This document shows, piece after piece, positions 1 to 10,368 of a stretch of DNA of 64,000 nt; position 1 is the stretch's first letter, and each line of letters begins with the position of its first letter. The position numbers were made by a program, and so were the translations under genes. Origin of the DNA: an uncultured Candidatus Actinomarina sp. (lineage in GTDB: Bacteria; Actinomycetota; Acidimicrobiia; Actinomarinales; Actinomarinaceae). The stretch lies in NCBI GenBank assembly GCA_902634185.1, contig CACPJC010000001.1, positions 32,001-96,000 on the forward strand, read 5' to 3'. The notes under the pieces were generated by a model, which had not been told where the DNA came from, ran no database searches, and was given only the letters and a program-made list of their open reading frames with translations.

Positions 1-888
1 CTTTATGTCATCAAATTTTTCATTATTTTCAATCAATAATTTTTTAAAGTTTGAGCTCAAATGTTCTCTTATAACTTTTATTGATATATCTGGTTCTTCA
101 TGGATTAAAACTGGAGAACTACCAGAGTCTTTTGAAGAAGTCTTTTCCCATTCACTTATTAATTTATCTATATCGTTCTTAAGTGATTCTTCGCTTACTC
201 CCTCAGCTGCAGTCCTAACAATTACACCAAATCCTTCTGGCTTAATTTTTCGTATTATTTTATCTAATCTATTGCGTTCCTCATCCGGCAATCTTCTTGA
301 TATACCTTTTGTGTTTGAATTAGGAATTAGCACTAAATATCTACCGGGAAATGAAATTTGTCCGGTTAATCTTGCACCTTTTTCACCCATTGCATCTTTT
401 ACAACTTGAACTAAAATCTCTTGTTCTTGCTTTAAAAGATTCTCTATTTTTGAATTACGCTTTGCATTAGATACATCTGCGACATATAACACACCATTTT
501 TCTCTTCACCTATAGATACAAATGCAGCTTCCATCCCAGGAAGTATATTTTTAACCTTTCCAAGATAAATATTTCCAACAAGGGATTTTGACTTTGCCTC
601 AGCTGTATAATATTCAACTAATGTTGCTCCTTCCAAAATTGCAATCTTAGAGGAACCGCCTTTAAAACTTATAAGCATTTGTTTTTTATCGACAAAAGGG
701 ACTGGTAAAGGAGTCTCTCTAAACCAAGTTTGACGATTAGATTTTCTGTAATCTTCTCTTTTATTTCTGGACTTTGAAGTACCAGATTTAATTTTTACTT
801 TTTGTCCGTTATACCATTTTGTTTCGGTATTACTAAACTTATCTTCGCTCTTTCGTACTACCTTCGATTTTTTGAAAATACCAAACAT
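1..888 (-). CDS. rne: Ribonuclease E/G family (Rne/Rng); runs off the left edge
   Basis: Not in the ORF track; translated by hand from ATG 888 (GGAGG upstream). Contains SLVGNIYLGKVKNILPGMEAAFV (S1 domain) and KGARLTGQISFPGRYLVL...GFGVIVRTAAEG. Confidence 0.93.
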   Translation of the reverse strand, partial: MFGIFKKSKVVRKSEDKFSNTETKWYNGQKVKIKSGTSKSRNKREDYRKSNRQTWFRETPLPVPFVDKKQMLISFKGGSSKIAILEGATLVEYYTAEAKSKSLVGNIYLGKVKNILPGMEAAFVSIGEEKNGVLYVADVSNAKRNSKIENLLKQEQEILVQVVKDAMGEKGARLTGQISFPGRYLVLIPNSNTKGISRRLPDEERNRLDKIIRKIKPEGFGVIVRTAAEGVSEESLKNDIDKLISEWEKTSSKDSGSSPVLIHEEPDISIKVIREHLSSNFKKLLIENNEKFDDIK

Positions 889-960
889 TAAAACCTCCAT
901 AATTATGATGTGAAAATATACTTAAAAACTTCATAATCAGAGAATAATACGCTTTAAATA

Positions 961-2061
961 TTAAATTGTGATGTTATTTTCTATAAATATTCTGTTTGTA
1001 ATCCCAAAAATTACAGCTATTGAGACCATAGATGATCCTCCTAAGCTTAACAAAGGAAAGGGTAAGCCAGTAACAGGGATTAAGCCAACGACAGTTGATA
1101 TATTTATAATTATTTGAAAAGATAGTAGTGCAATAAATCCAGCAATCACAAACTTGTCAAAATCTGAGTCAGAGACTGTCAAGATTCTTCTAAGCCTACT
1201 AAATAATAAACCCCAGAGAGCAAGTAAGAATAAAATTCCAAAAAAACCAAAATTGTACGCGTATGCTGCAAAGATAAAATCTGTTGTCTCAACTGGAACA
1301 AATATTTTTTCAATATTTTCGGCTGCAAAATATTGTCCAAATAGTCCACCACTAGAAATTAATAGACGACTTTGAGATTGAGAGAAATCAAGCTCAGCAG
1401 AAAAAAACTCATTCAAGCGGCTGATTTGGTATTGAGTGACAATGTTTATATTGTCAACTCTTGACCCTATTTCTAAAAATATAAAAAATAGAGATACTCC
1501 TGTTAATAAAAGGAGTGACATATATCGTAACTTTATATTTGATAGAAGCAACATTGATAAAAAGACAAAAGAAATAATTAAAGCAGTTCCTAAATCTGGC
1601 TGAAAGTTTATAAGAAGTACTGTTCCAAATATTAAAGCTATCAAAATTCCTTTATTTAAGTTTCTTGAAAGGTAGTTAGCAACAAAAATAACAATGATTA
1701 CTTTTGCAAATTCAGATGGCTGTATGTCAATTGGACCAAGATCGAACCATCTACGTACTCCTAATCTTGGTTGTGTGAAATATAAAGAACCTAATAAACC
1801 TACAACTATAAAAAATAAAATATTGGCATAAGTTTGTAGATTATCAATTGATAAATATGTAAGGAGAAAAAATACAATAATTGAGGCTACTGAAAAAACT
1901 ACTTGTCTAGTCAAAATATTATCTACATCAAATTCAAGACCTTCAAAATCTGTAAGTGTATAAAGAGTAAACCATGATATAAATATAAAAAAAAGGAATA
2001 TCAATAAAATAAATATGTTTGTTCCCTGAGGTCCTAAAAGAGTAATTTTTCTTGTATTCAT
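961..2061 (-). CDS. rodA: SEDS family peptidoglycan polymerase RodA
   Basis: RRWFDLG..IQPSEFAK, QPDLGT, TDFIFA, GLIPVTGLPFPLLSLGGSS; directly downstream of PBP2. Confidence 0.92.
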   Translation of the reverse strand: MNTRKITLLGPQGTNIFILLIFLFFIFISWFTLYTLTDFEGLEFDVDNILTRQVVFSVASIIVFFLLTYLSIDNLQTYANILFFIVVGLLGSLYFTQPRLGVRRWFDLGPIDIQPSEFAKVIIVIFVANYLSRNLNKGILIALIFGTVLLINFQPDLGTALIISFVFLSMLLLSNIKLRYMSLLLLTGVSLFFIFLEIGSRVDNINIVTQYQISRLNEFFSAELDFSQSQSRLLISSGGLFGQYFAAENIEKIFVPVETTDFIFAAYAYNFGFFGILFLLALWGLLFSRLRRILTVSDSDFDKFVIAGFIALLSFQIIINISTVVGLIPVTGLPFPLLSLGGSSMVSIAVIFGITNRIFIENNITI

Positions 2062-3896
2062 TCGGTAATCTCTCCATATCTTACAGGAGTTAGTTCACTG
2101 CCTATTAAATGTTGAATTATTCTTCTACTAATTGGTGCTGCGATTGCACTTCCTGAACCCCCCTCTTCTACTACGGTGACAACAACATGCTGAGGATTGC
2201 TAACAGAGTCAATACCAACAAACCAAGAAGTATTATTTTTTTCTCCTGGATTTTGAGCAGTACCTGTCTTCCCACCAACATCACTTGCTTTTCTTCCCAT
2301 TACTTCAAATGCTGCATATGCCGTTCCATTTTTGTTTGTTACCAAATTTAAATCATTTTTTAAAAAATCAATAAATTCGTCAGACACATTGTATTTTCTT
2401 AACTTAAAGTTATCAGAAGCTTCAAGATTGAGATAAGGACTAGATGAAGTTGAGGTAAGTAATGTTTTATAGGCATTTGCTACTTGAATAGGTGTCACAG
2501 TTATTGCACCCTGACCAATAATTAAGTTCATAAGGTCACCACCCAGCCACCCCTCGGGTCTAACTAAATCAGGACGTGAGACTGTCCATTCTTCAAAAAC
2601 TTCTCTATCAGGTATTATTCCATTTCTCTCAAACGGAAGATCTATATTTGTGAGTTCACCAAAACCTAGGTCTTTTGCATAATTTTGTAAGATGGATTCA
2701 TTTTGTGTACCTTCATAGGTTCTCCAGATATTTAGCGCTATGTCCCAAAAATATACATTGCATGATTGTTGCATCGCCGAACTTAAATTTACTCTTCCAT
2801 GACCGTCTTCTTTCCAGTCTTGATAAACCTGTTGAGAACCATCATCAAATCCAAATGATAAACTTCCCTTGCAATCGACTCTTCCTCTCCTTGAATTTAA
2901 GCCTTCTGGAAAAAGTCCTTCATTTTCTGCTAGCCAATAGGATACAACTTTAAATACCGAACCAGGTGGATAGAGGCCCTGAATAGCAAAATTATTAAAT
3001 GCTTGTACACGATTAAGTTGTTCGAAATCTTGATTTGAAATTCCATCAATGAACTGATTTGGATTGAAATCTGGTAAAGATACCATGGAAACTATTGCAC
3101 CTGTATTTACATCAATAACAATTGATGCACTTCTAATCACTTCATCCTTTGTATCTTCATTTTCATTTGCAAGTTCTATTCCTTGTAAAAGAGATTCTTT
3201 TACGACCTTTTGGGTTTCAATATTTAGTGATATAGATATATCATTACCTTTTTGTGGAGGTGTGAACTCTAATATTTCACTTTCCTTAAAAATAATTTCC
3301 CCTGGAATACCGGTTAATGTATTTTCGTAATATTTTTCAAGACCGTTTTTACCAACTTGTAATGAATTTTTGGTATGTGGAAATTCTTCAAAATCATCAG
3401 AGGTAGGCTTTCCAACATATCCAATAACATGAGATGTTAAATTGTCATAATTATATTTTCTGATTGGAAAATCAAAGATTTCAAATGCATCCAGCTCTAA
3501 AAGTTTCTGTCGCTCAAGTGCAGAAAAGGTAGATATATTTCCAACAATTTCAAGATTATTCCTGTTTATAAATAGTTTGTTAAAGTCATCTTGATCTAAA
3601 TCAGGAAAATTATATTGTATAAACTGTTCATAAATCTCAATATTATTGTCATCAATTTTCCTTAAATTTAGAAAAAGATGAGGTTCCATAGAAGAAGTCG
3701 CTAATCTTTCATTTTGGTCATCAAAAATATCTCCTCTTGGTGCTGTTATATAAAATGTATCAGTAGTTTGGTTGTCTATTGCACTTAATGCCGTATCCCT
3801 TGATAAAACTTGTAAATCAAAAAGAAAAGAAACTATGTATATAAAGAAACCAATTAAAAATAGTGCAAAGAGGTTATATCTTTTGTTTAAGAACAT
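2058..3896 (-). CDS. mrdA: Penicillin-binding protein 2 (class B transpeptidase)
   Basis: APRGDIFD; SxxK (SVFK), SxN (SCN) and KTG motifs; within the mre operon. Confidence 0.92.
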   Translation of the reverse strand: MFLNKRYNLFALFLIGFFIYIVSFLFDLQVLSRDTALSAIDNQTTDTFYITAPRGDIFDDQNERLATSSMEPHLFLNLRKIDDNNIEIYEQFIQYNFPDLDQDDFNKLFINRNNLEIVGNISTFSALERQKLLELDAFEIFDFPIRKYNYDNLTSHVIGYVGKPTSDDFEEFPHTKNSLQVGKNGLEKYYENTLTGIPGEIIFKESEILEFTPPQKGNDISISLNIETQKVVKESLLQGIELANENEDTKDEVIRSASIVIDVNTGAIVSMVSLPDFNPNQFIDGISNQDFEQLNRVQAFNNFAIQGLYPPGSVFKVVSYWLAENEGLFPEGLNSRRGRVDCKGSLSFGFDDGSQQVYQDWKEDGHGRVNLSSAMQQSCNVYFWDIALNIWRTYEGTQNESILQNYAKDLGFGELTNIDLPFERNGIIPDREVFEEWTVSRPDLVRPEGWLGGDLMNLIIGQGAITVTPIQVANAYKTLLTSTSSSPYLNLEASDNFKLRKYNVSDEFIDFLKNDLNLVTNKNGTAYAAFEVMGRKASDVGGKTGTAQNPGEKNNTSWFVGIDSVSNPQHVVVTVVEEGGSGSAIAAPISRRIIQHLIGSELTPVRYGEITE

Positions 3897-4344
3897 TTTT
3901 ACCTATGGTAATGTTCAAAATTCTAAATAAAAAGTAATTGACCAAAGATGAAATCAATATTTGATATAAAAACTCAGGGTTTAGATATTCCAATGAATAT
4001 GTAAATTTATAAATAAAGATTCCTACCGTGAATGTAGCAAGGTCTAGATATGTATTATTTTGTTGGTTTGCAACTATGAAGTTCATCAAAATAATTGTTA
4101 TTAAAAATTTAGCACTTGAAAATCCTAGAAAATTTGAAGAATATAGTGCGTCGTAATAAATACCAGCAACCAAAAATACAGATATGTAAAAATTAGAAAA
4201 TCTTCGAGTTGAAATTACAAACATTCCAATGAAAAATGGCATTATTAAAAAATAATCAAAATTTAAAATTGTATTAATTAATAACTCGATAAACAAGAAG
4301 AAAACAAAAGCAATTATTGACAGTAGATTTCTAAGGTAAATCAT
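3874..4344 (-). CDS. mreD: Rod shape-determining membrane protein MreD (divergent)
   Basis: Multi-TM 156 aa with GIYYD...LG motif, located between mreC and mrdA. Confidence 0.7.
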   Translation of the reverse strand: MIYLRNLLSIIAFVFFLFIELLINTILNFDYFLIMPFFIGMFVISTRRFSNFYISVFLVAGIYYDALYSSNFLGFSSAKFLITIILMNFIVANQQNNTYLDLATFTVGIFIYKFTYSLEYLNPEFLYQILISSLVNYFLFRILNITIGKNVLKQKI

Positions 4345-5134
4345 TGGTCTTAACTATATATATATCAGTAAAGGAAAAACTTATTTCTTCTATATCTATA
4401 TTTGTAGATATTTTATTATCATCAACTGTGATTTTTGCATCTGAAAGAGATACAATGGGGAATCTTCCTGGCTGATCAAATATAGAAGCCGTAAATATGA
4501 AGTCAATATTTGCGGTTAATTCATTTACTGATGTTGTGTATACCGACAATTGGCTTCCATTGTTTTGTATTAAATATTCATTTCCAAACCTATCTAAACC
4601 TGGCATTGAAAAATCGACATCGTTTAAAAAAACAATTTCAGAGTGATTTTGAAAAATTTTATCTACGAATCCGACTACAAAGCCCTCTTCATTGATAACA
4701 ATGTCGTTCTTTTCAAAGTTTTTATCATAACCTCCTGATACGAGATATTTATTTTCATTATTTTTAATGAATGCTGTAGTTTTTATATAAAAATAATTTG
4801 TGGAATCAACAGATTCGATAAGATTTTTGTTAGCATCTAATTCCTCTTTCAAGAGATCATTTTCTATTTTCAGTTTTCTTAACTCTAAAACTTCATTCTT
4901 TAGACGTATGTTTTCATTTATCAAATTATTTCTTGTTTGGAACAATTCAGTATCAAAAAATTCCAAATAATCTGGAAAATTTACGCTTGAAGGAATCAGA
5001 AAATTCATTCTTTTTGATATAGTTGAGGATATTTCTTGGTTTGAAAAAAAGTCCAGAACCATGATAGAAAAGGAAAACAATATAAAAATAACGTAAATAA
5101 TGTAATTTCTTACTCTTAGATTGCCATCTTTCAT
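4331..5134 (-). CDS. mreC: Rod shape-determining protein MreC
   Basis: N-terminal TM, coiled coil (ENIRLKNEV..ENDLLKEEL), VINEEGFVVGFV; follows mreB. Confidence 0.8.
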   Translation of the reverse strand: MKDGNLRVRNYIIYVIFILFSFSIMVLDFFSNQEISSTISKRMNFLIPSSVNFPDYLEFFDTELFQTRNNLINENIRLKNEVLELRKLKIENDLLKEELDANKNLIESVDSTNYFYIKTTAFIKNNENKYLVSGGYDKNFEKNDIVINEEGFVVGFVDKIFQNHSEIVFLNDVDFSMPGLDRFGNEYLIQNNGSQLSVYTTSVNELTANIDFIFTASIFDQPGRFPIVSLSDAKITVDDNKISTNIDIEEISFSFTDIYIVKTNDLP

Positions 5135-5136
5135 AT

Positions 5137-6180
5137 TTAGTTAGGTTTTGGAGATGATTTGAGTACGGAATTGTAATCATCAAATCTCTCTAAACATATA
5201 CCTGAACCAACAACGACTGTACTTAATGGATCTTCTGTCATATTAATTGGAATACCAAGTTCTTCTGCTATCTTCCTGTCCAATTGCTTTAAGAGAGAGC
5301 CTCCCCCAGTTAACCATGCACCATATTTATCTATATCTGAAACTAACGCAGGTGGAGTTTGCGAAAGAGACATTCTTACTGCCTCAATAATATCTTGAAC
5401 CACTGGACTCAGTGCATTTCTGACATCTGAGGCCTCTAATAGAACTTGTTTTGGGACACCTTTTACAATATCTCGACCCGTTACTGTAACTTGTGGCTCT
5501 TTGTCGTATTGATAAGCAGATCCGATTGCATGCTTTAGAGATTCTGCAATTCCCTCATCTACCAACATAGAATGTTCTGTTCTTAACCACTCAATGAGTC
5601 TATCAGTCATATCCTCTCCACCAACTCTTACCGAGTTAGCATTTACTATGTCACCCATTGAAATAACAGCAATTTCTGTTGTTCCTCCACCAATGTCAAT
5701 TACCATATTTCCAAAAGGTTCATAAATTTGTAGACCTGCACCTATTGCAGCTGCCATTGGCTCTTCAACGGTATAAACTTCAGACGCACCTGTAGCGTGA
5801 GCAGCAGTTTCTATGGATCTTTGTTCAACGCTGGTAACACCATTTGGAACACACATAACAATTCTTGGTCTTGAATAGGACCTTCCTATTGCTCGTGTTA
5901 GTAAGGTTTTTACAAGTTCTTCTGCCATTTCGATTTCTGAAATCACACCATCTCTTAGAGGTTTAATTAATTTTATTGAATCGGGGACCCGACCCACTAA
6001 GTTTTTTGCCTCTTCACCAACAGTAAGGATTGAGCCATCCTCTTTATTTACAGCAATCAACGTAGGTTCATCAACCATCACTCCAACGCCTTTGACGTAT
6101 ATCAAAGTGTTGGCAGTTCCTAGATCAATAGCAATATCGTTGCCACCAAAAAGCGATCTTCTTAAATTAATTCCAGCCAT
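5137..6180 (-). CDS. mreB: Actin-like rod shape protein MreB
   Basis: IAIDLGTANT, EEPMAAAIGAG, DIGGGTTE, LTGGGSLL. Confidence 0.97.
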   Translation of the reverse strand: MAGINLRRSLFGGNDIAIDLGTANTLIYVKGVGVMVDEPTLIAVNKEDGSILTVGEEAKNLVGRVPDSIKLIKPLRDGVISEIEMAEELVKTLLTRAIGRSYSRPRIVMCVPNGVTSVEQRSIETAAHATGASEVYTVEEPMAAAIGAGLQIYEPFGNMVIDIGGGTTEIAVISMGDIVNANSVRVGGEDMTDRLIEWLRTEHSMLVDEGIAESLKHAIGSAYQYDKEPQVTVTGRDIVKGVPKQVLLEASDVRNALSPVVQDIIEAVRMSLSQTPPALVSDIDKYGAWLTGGGSLLKQLDRKIAEELGIPINMTEDPLSTVVVGSGICLERFDDYNSVLKSSPKPN

Positions 6181-6224
6181 GTATATCTAGATTAATAGAC
6201 TGAATAATCAAATTAAATAGAAAT

Positions 6225-6623
6225 TTAATTGTTAAAGAAAAGGCCTAATTCTCTCTCAGCACTCTCTTCTGAATCAGAACCATGCACTACATTTTCTTCT
6301 AGTTTGGTAGCAAAATCTGCTCTTATTGTGCCAGGGTCTGCGTCAGCTGGATTTGTGGCGCCCATTATTCTACGAACTTCACTTACAGCATTTTCACCTT
6401 CAACTTCCATGGCTACAACTGGGCCACTTGTTATGAAGGAAACTAAATCTTGGAAGAAAGGTTTATCTTTGTGTTCACCATAGTGTTGCTCAGCAAGCTC
6501 TGTAGTTATAGTCATCATTTTCATTTTTGTTATTTTAAATCCCTCTTGCTCAACGCGGTCAATTACTTGTCCAACAATATTTCTTTTTACACCATCTGGT
6601 TTTACCATAAAGAAAGTTTTCAT
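6225..6623 (-). CDS. ndk: Nucleoside diphosphate kinase
   Basis: MVKPDGV, PGTIRADF, NVVHGSDS. Confidence 0.97.
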   Translation of the reverse strand: MKTFFMVKPDGVKRNIVGQVIDRVEQEGFKITKMKMMTITTELAEQHYGEHKDKPFFQDLVSFITSGPVVAMEVEGENAVSEVRRIMGATNPADADPGTIRADFATKLEENVVHGSDSEESAERELGLFFNN

Positions 6624-7774
6624 GAATATTCCTTTTTGTATTTACCAACTAAATATAAACTTCCCGTCAATATAGATGGATTCTTTGAAGTATAAAAATC
6701 ACCGATAGTTGCTACCTTATAGGTAAGTCCATTTTCATTAAAGCATTTCTCAAAATCTGATGTTTTAGTTTGTTCAAAGAATGAATCATTTTCAATAAGA
6801 TAAATTTGATTAAATTTCTTTATAAAAATTTTATTCATAAATTCGATAATATTTTTTCCCTTTTTCATTCCAATGTATATATCAAAATCACCTGTTGTAT
6901 GGTTCTCCTCTATAAAACTAACTAATGTCTCTAAGCTTGAAGAATTATGGGCTCCATCAATAATTTTTAAGGGGTTTTTTGAGACTTCTTCAAACCTCCC
7001 TGGAACTTTGGGATAGCTTTCTACAGTACTGGTTTTGTCTTCATCAAAATTTGTAATGATTGATTCAAATATTTTTAATGCTGTTCCAAAATTAAGATTC
7101 ATCTTGTTTTGGCTTTCTAAATCATTCAAATATATATCTTTATCAGTTAAATCAAACTTATCATGCACATAAGTTTTATGAACTTCATATAAATTAGGAT
7201 CACCAAAAATAATACGTTTTGGATTGTCTGATATTTGGATTTTTTGATAGAAAATCTCTTCTAACGATTCACCTAACAAATCCATATGGTCGTAATTAAC
7301 GTTAGTAATACAGACTGTATCTACATTTAGTATCGAGGTCGTGTCATATAATCCACCAATACCTGCCTCCACAATAAAATAATCAGCTTTACTTTCTAAA
7401 AATAATTTACAACTTGTAAGAAAAAGTGTCTCGAAATATGCTAGTTCCATGTTATTTTCAGATTCAAATTGTTTTAAATCATCCGTGTACAATGAAATCT
7501 TTTCATCTGAAATTATTTCATTGTTTATCTTTATTCGCTCATTTACGTCAACCAAATGAGGAGAAGTAAATAAAACAGATGAGATATCATTTTTTGTGAA
7601 AATTTCATTTAAATAAAATGCGGAGGATGTTTTGCCATTAGTACCAACAATAGATATTGACTTTTCCTTTAAAATTTGAAGTTCATTACTTTCGAAAAAA
7701 GAAGCTAGGACTTCTAAATTTTTATTTCTTTTTCCTATTTTTGAATTTAGATATATCTTGAATTCATCAGACAC
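6620..7774 (-). CDS. folC: Folylpolyglutamate synthase/dihydrofolate synthase
   Basis: GTNGKTS, FTSPHL, EAGIGGLYDTT, PGRFE, IDGAHN; valS-folC-ndk order. Confidence 0.9.
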   Translation of the reverse strand: MSDEFKIYLNSKIGKRNKNLEVLASFFESNELQILKEKSISIVGTNGKTSSAFYLNEIFTKNDISSVLFTSPHLVDVNERIKINNEIISDEKISLYTDDLKQFESENNMELAYFETLFLTSCKLFLESKADYFIVEAGIGGLYDTTSILNVDTVCITNVNYDHMDLLGESLEEIFYQKIQISDNPKRIIFGDPNLYEVHKTYVHDKFDLTDKDIYLNDLESQNKMNLNFGTALKIFESIITNFDEDKTSTVESYPKVPGRFEEVSKNPLKIIDGAHNSSSLETLVSFIEENHTTGDFDIYIGMKKGKNIIEFMNKIFIKKFNQIYLIENDSFFEQTKTSDFEKCFNENGLTYKVATIGDFYTSKNPSILTGSLYLVGKYKKEYS

Positions 7775-10364
7775 TGAATTGATCCCGTGTCTGTTTTAGT
7801 AGCTCTATCTCGTTTTCAACTTCAATAACATTTTGTTTTTCTTTTTCAATTAATTCTTCTTTTGCATTTTTGATAAATTTTTCATTTTCTAATCTCGATC
7901 TAGAGACTGCTAGTGTTTTAGAGAGAACTTCAATTTTCTTGTCTAGCTTTTTAATTTCTACATCAATATCGATATAGTCTTCGGCTAGAAGATAAAATTC
8001 ATAGTTTCCTGATTGAAAAACTACTTGTTTTTTTACTTTATCCTCTGGTGAATTAAGATTTAATTCTACATTGCCAATGTTTTCAAGCTGTTTTGTAAAC
8101 CAAGGACCAACATCTTTACTTGAATTAAGTTTTAATATTTCTTTATTTTTTAATTGATAGGTAGCTTTGAAATTTCTTATTTGAGAAATAACTTCTTTCA
8201 AATTTTCAACGTCGTTAGCCTCGGGGTTCAACTCTTTGCCTTCAACTTCAGGCCAAGTGTTGTTTATTAAAAGATCATCTTCAAAGGTTGACCAAATTTC
8301 TTCAGTTATGTGAGGCATTGCAGGATTCAATATTTTTATGCTTTTTAAAAATGTAGTTCTAAGTACAAACATAGTCTCATCTTTTGTTTTATCATCATCA
8401 ATTAGGTTTTTGGAAAACTCAAAATACCAATCAAACAAATCTGACCAGACAAAATTGTAAATTAGCTTATATGCATCTGATATTTTATATTTTTCAAATA
8501 ATTCGTTAAATTCAGCTAGGACTTCATCAAATCTAGAGGCAATCCATACGTTTTCGGGACAAGTTATTTCTTTAATTTCATCAGTTCTTTTTTCTTCTGG
8601 GGAGTACAAGTGAACAAACTTTGCAGCATTCCATAGTTTGTTTCCAAATTTCTTTGCAGCAATTGTCCACTCTTCGTCAAAAGGAACATCTTGTCCTGGA
8701 GCTGCTTTCTCTATTAATGAGAAGCGCAATGCATCTGCACCATGTTTTTCAGATAGCTCCAATGGATCAATTGTATTTTTTAAACTCTTAGACATTTTTC
8801 TACCTTTAGAATCTCTTACCAGCCCATGAATCAATATATCCTTGAACGGGACATCGTCATTAAAATTCAGACCCATCATTATCATTCTGGCTACCCAAAA
8901 AAAGATTATGTCAAAACCTGTTACTAATAATGAGGTTGGATAGTATTTCTTTAAATCCGTACTTTCCTCAGGCCAACCTAGAGTGGAGAATGGCCATAAT
9001 GCTGATGAAAACCAAGTATCCAAAACATCTTTATCTTGCGATAGTTTCAAGTCATCTGAGAGTTTATATTTTTCTCTAACCTCTGATTCAGTCGTAGCTA
9101 CATAGATGTTTCCATCCTCGTCATACCATGCCGGAATCTGATGACCCCACCAAATTTGTCTAGAAATACACCAATCTTGTATGTTGTACATCCACTCAAA
9201 ATAAGTTTTCTCCCAATTTTTTGGAATAAACTTCATATTTTCATTCTCAACTTCAGCGATACCTCTATCAGCCAACTCTTTTGTTTTTACAAACCATTGG
9301 TCGGTGATCATTGGTTCAAGTATGCTTTTTGACCTATCTCCTTTTGGTAATTGGATTACGTGATCATCAGCAGAGACAAGGAAGCCTAATTCAGATAACT
9401 CATTCACTATCTGGTCTCTTGCTTCAAATCTATCTAAATTTTTATAATTTTCTGGCATAAAATCATCGTCAGACATTGTTCCATCTAACTTCATGCAAGA
9501 TATGACTTCTAGATCATGTTTCAAGCCGATCTCATAATCATTAAAATCATGTGCAGGTGTTATCTTTACACATCCAGAACCAAATTCTTTATCTACATAC
9601 TCATCAGCGATAATCGGAACCTCTCTATTTACGATTGGGATAATTGCTGTTTTTCCAATAAAGCTCTTATATCTTTCATCATCAGGGTTAACTGCAACGG
9701 CTGTATCAGCAAGAATAGTCTCTGGTCTAGTAGTAGCGATTGTGATAAATTCATCACCACATTTATATTTAACACTCCAGAGTTTGCCTGTTTGTTCCTC
9801 AAGATTGACCTCAAGGTCTGAGACTGCAGACATTAGTTTTGTATCCCAATTAACCATTCTTGAACCTTTATAAATAAACCCAGAGTCATAGAGGGTTACA
9901 AAAACTTGTCTAACAGCTGCTGATAAACCTTCATCCATTGTGAATCTCTCCCTTGACCAATCACAACTCATACCAAGTTTTTTCATTTGTCCTGATATAT
10001 TTTCACCTGATTTTTCTTTCCACTCCCATACTTTTGAAATGAAATTCTCACGACCAACATCTTCTTTCGATAGACCCTTCTCTAATAACTCATTTTCGAC
10101 AAGTAGTTGTGTAATTATCCCTGCATGATCGGTTCCAGGAACCCACAATGTTTCAAATCCCTGAAGTCTTTTTATTCGAACAATTACATCAATGATAGAA
10201 TGCTCTAAGGCATGACCCATATGTAATGAACCAGTTACGTTTGGCGGCGGTATTACAATCGAAAACTGCTTATGTGATTCAACTGGTTTGAATTGATTTT
10301 TTAATTCCCACTCTGATTGCCATTTTTGTTCAGTGCTTAATGGCTCATATGAATCTTCAAGCAT
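7767..10364 (-). CDS. valS: Valine--tRNA ligase
   Basis: PPPNVTGSLHMGHA, DWCISRQIWWGH, KMSKS, C-terminal coiled coil. Confidence 0.98.
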   Translation of the reverse strand: MLEDSYEPLSTEQKWQSEWELKNQFKPVESHKQFSIVIPPPNVTGSLHMGHALEHSIIDVIVRIKRLQGFETLWVPGTDHAGIITQLLVENELLEKGLSKEDVGRENFISKVWEWKEKSGENISGQMKKLGMSCDWSRERFTMDEGLSAAVRQVFVTLYDSGFIYKGSRMVNWDTKLMSAVSDLEVNLEEQTGKLWSVKYKCGDEFITIATTRPETILADTAVAVNPDDERYKSFIGKTAIIPIVNREVPIIADEYVDKEFGSGCVKITPAHDFNDYEIGLKHDLEVISCMKLDGTMSDDDFMPENYKNLDRFEARDQIVNELSELGFLVSADDHVIQLPKGDRSKSILEPMITDQWFVKTKELADRGIAEVENENMKFIPKNWEKTYFEWMYNIQDWCISRQIWWGHQIPAWYDEDGNIYVATTESEVREKYKLSDDLKLSQDKDVLDTWFSSALWPFSTLGWPEESTDLKKYYPTSLLVTGFDIIFFWVARMIMMGLNFNDDVPFKDILIHGLVRDSKGRKMSKSLKNTIDPLELSEKHGADALRFSLIEKAAPGQDVPFDEEWTIAAKKFGNKLWNAAKFVHLYSPEEKRTDEIKEITCPENVWIASRFDEVLAEFNELFEKYKISDAYKLIYNFVWSDLFDWYFEFSKNLIDDDKTKDETMFVLRTTFLKSIKILNPAMPHITEEIWSTFEDDLLINNTWPEVEGKELNPEANDVENLKEVISQIRNFKATYQLKNKEILKLNSSKDVGPWFTKQLENIGNVELNLNSPEDKVKKQVVFQSGNYEFYLLAEDYIDIDVEIKKLDKKIEVLSKTLAVSRSRLENEKFIKNAKEELIEKEKQNVIEVENEIELLKQTRDQFSV

Positions 10365-10368
10365 AGAT

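Noticed and set aside
5-409. 134-aa plus-strand ORF
   Set aside because: Antisense shadow of rne, which has clear motifs on the minus strand.
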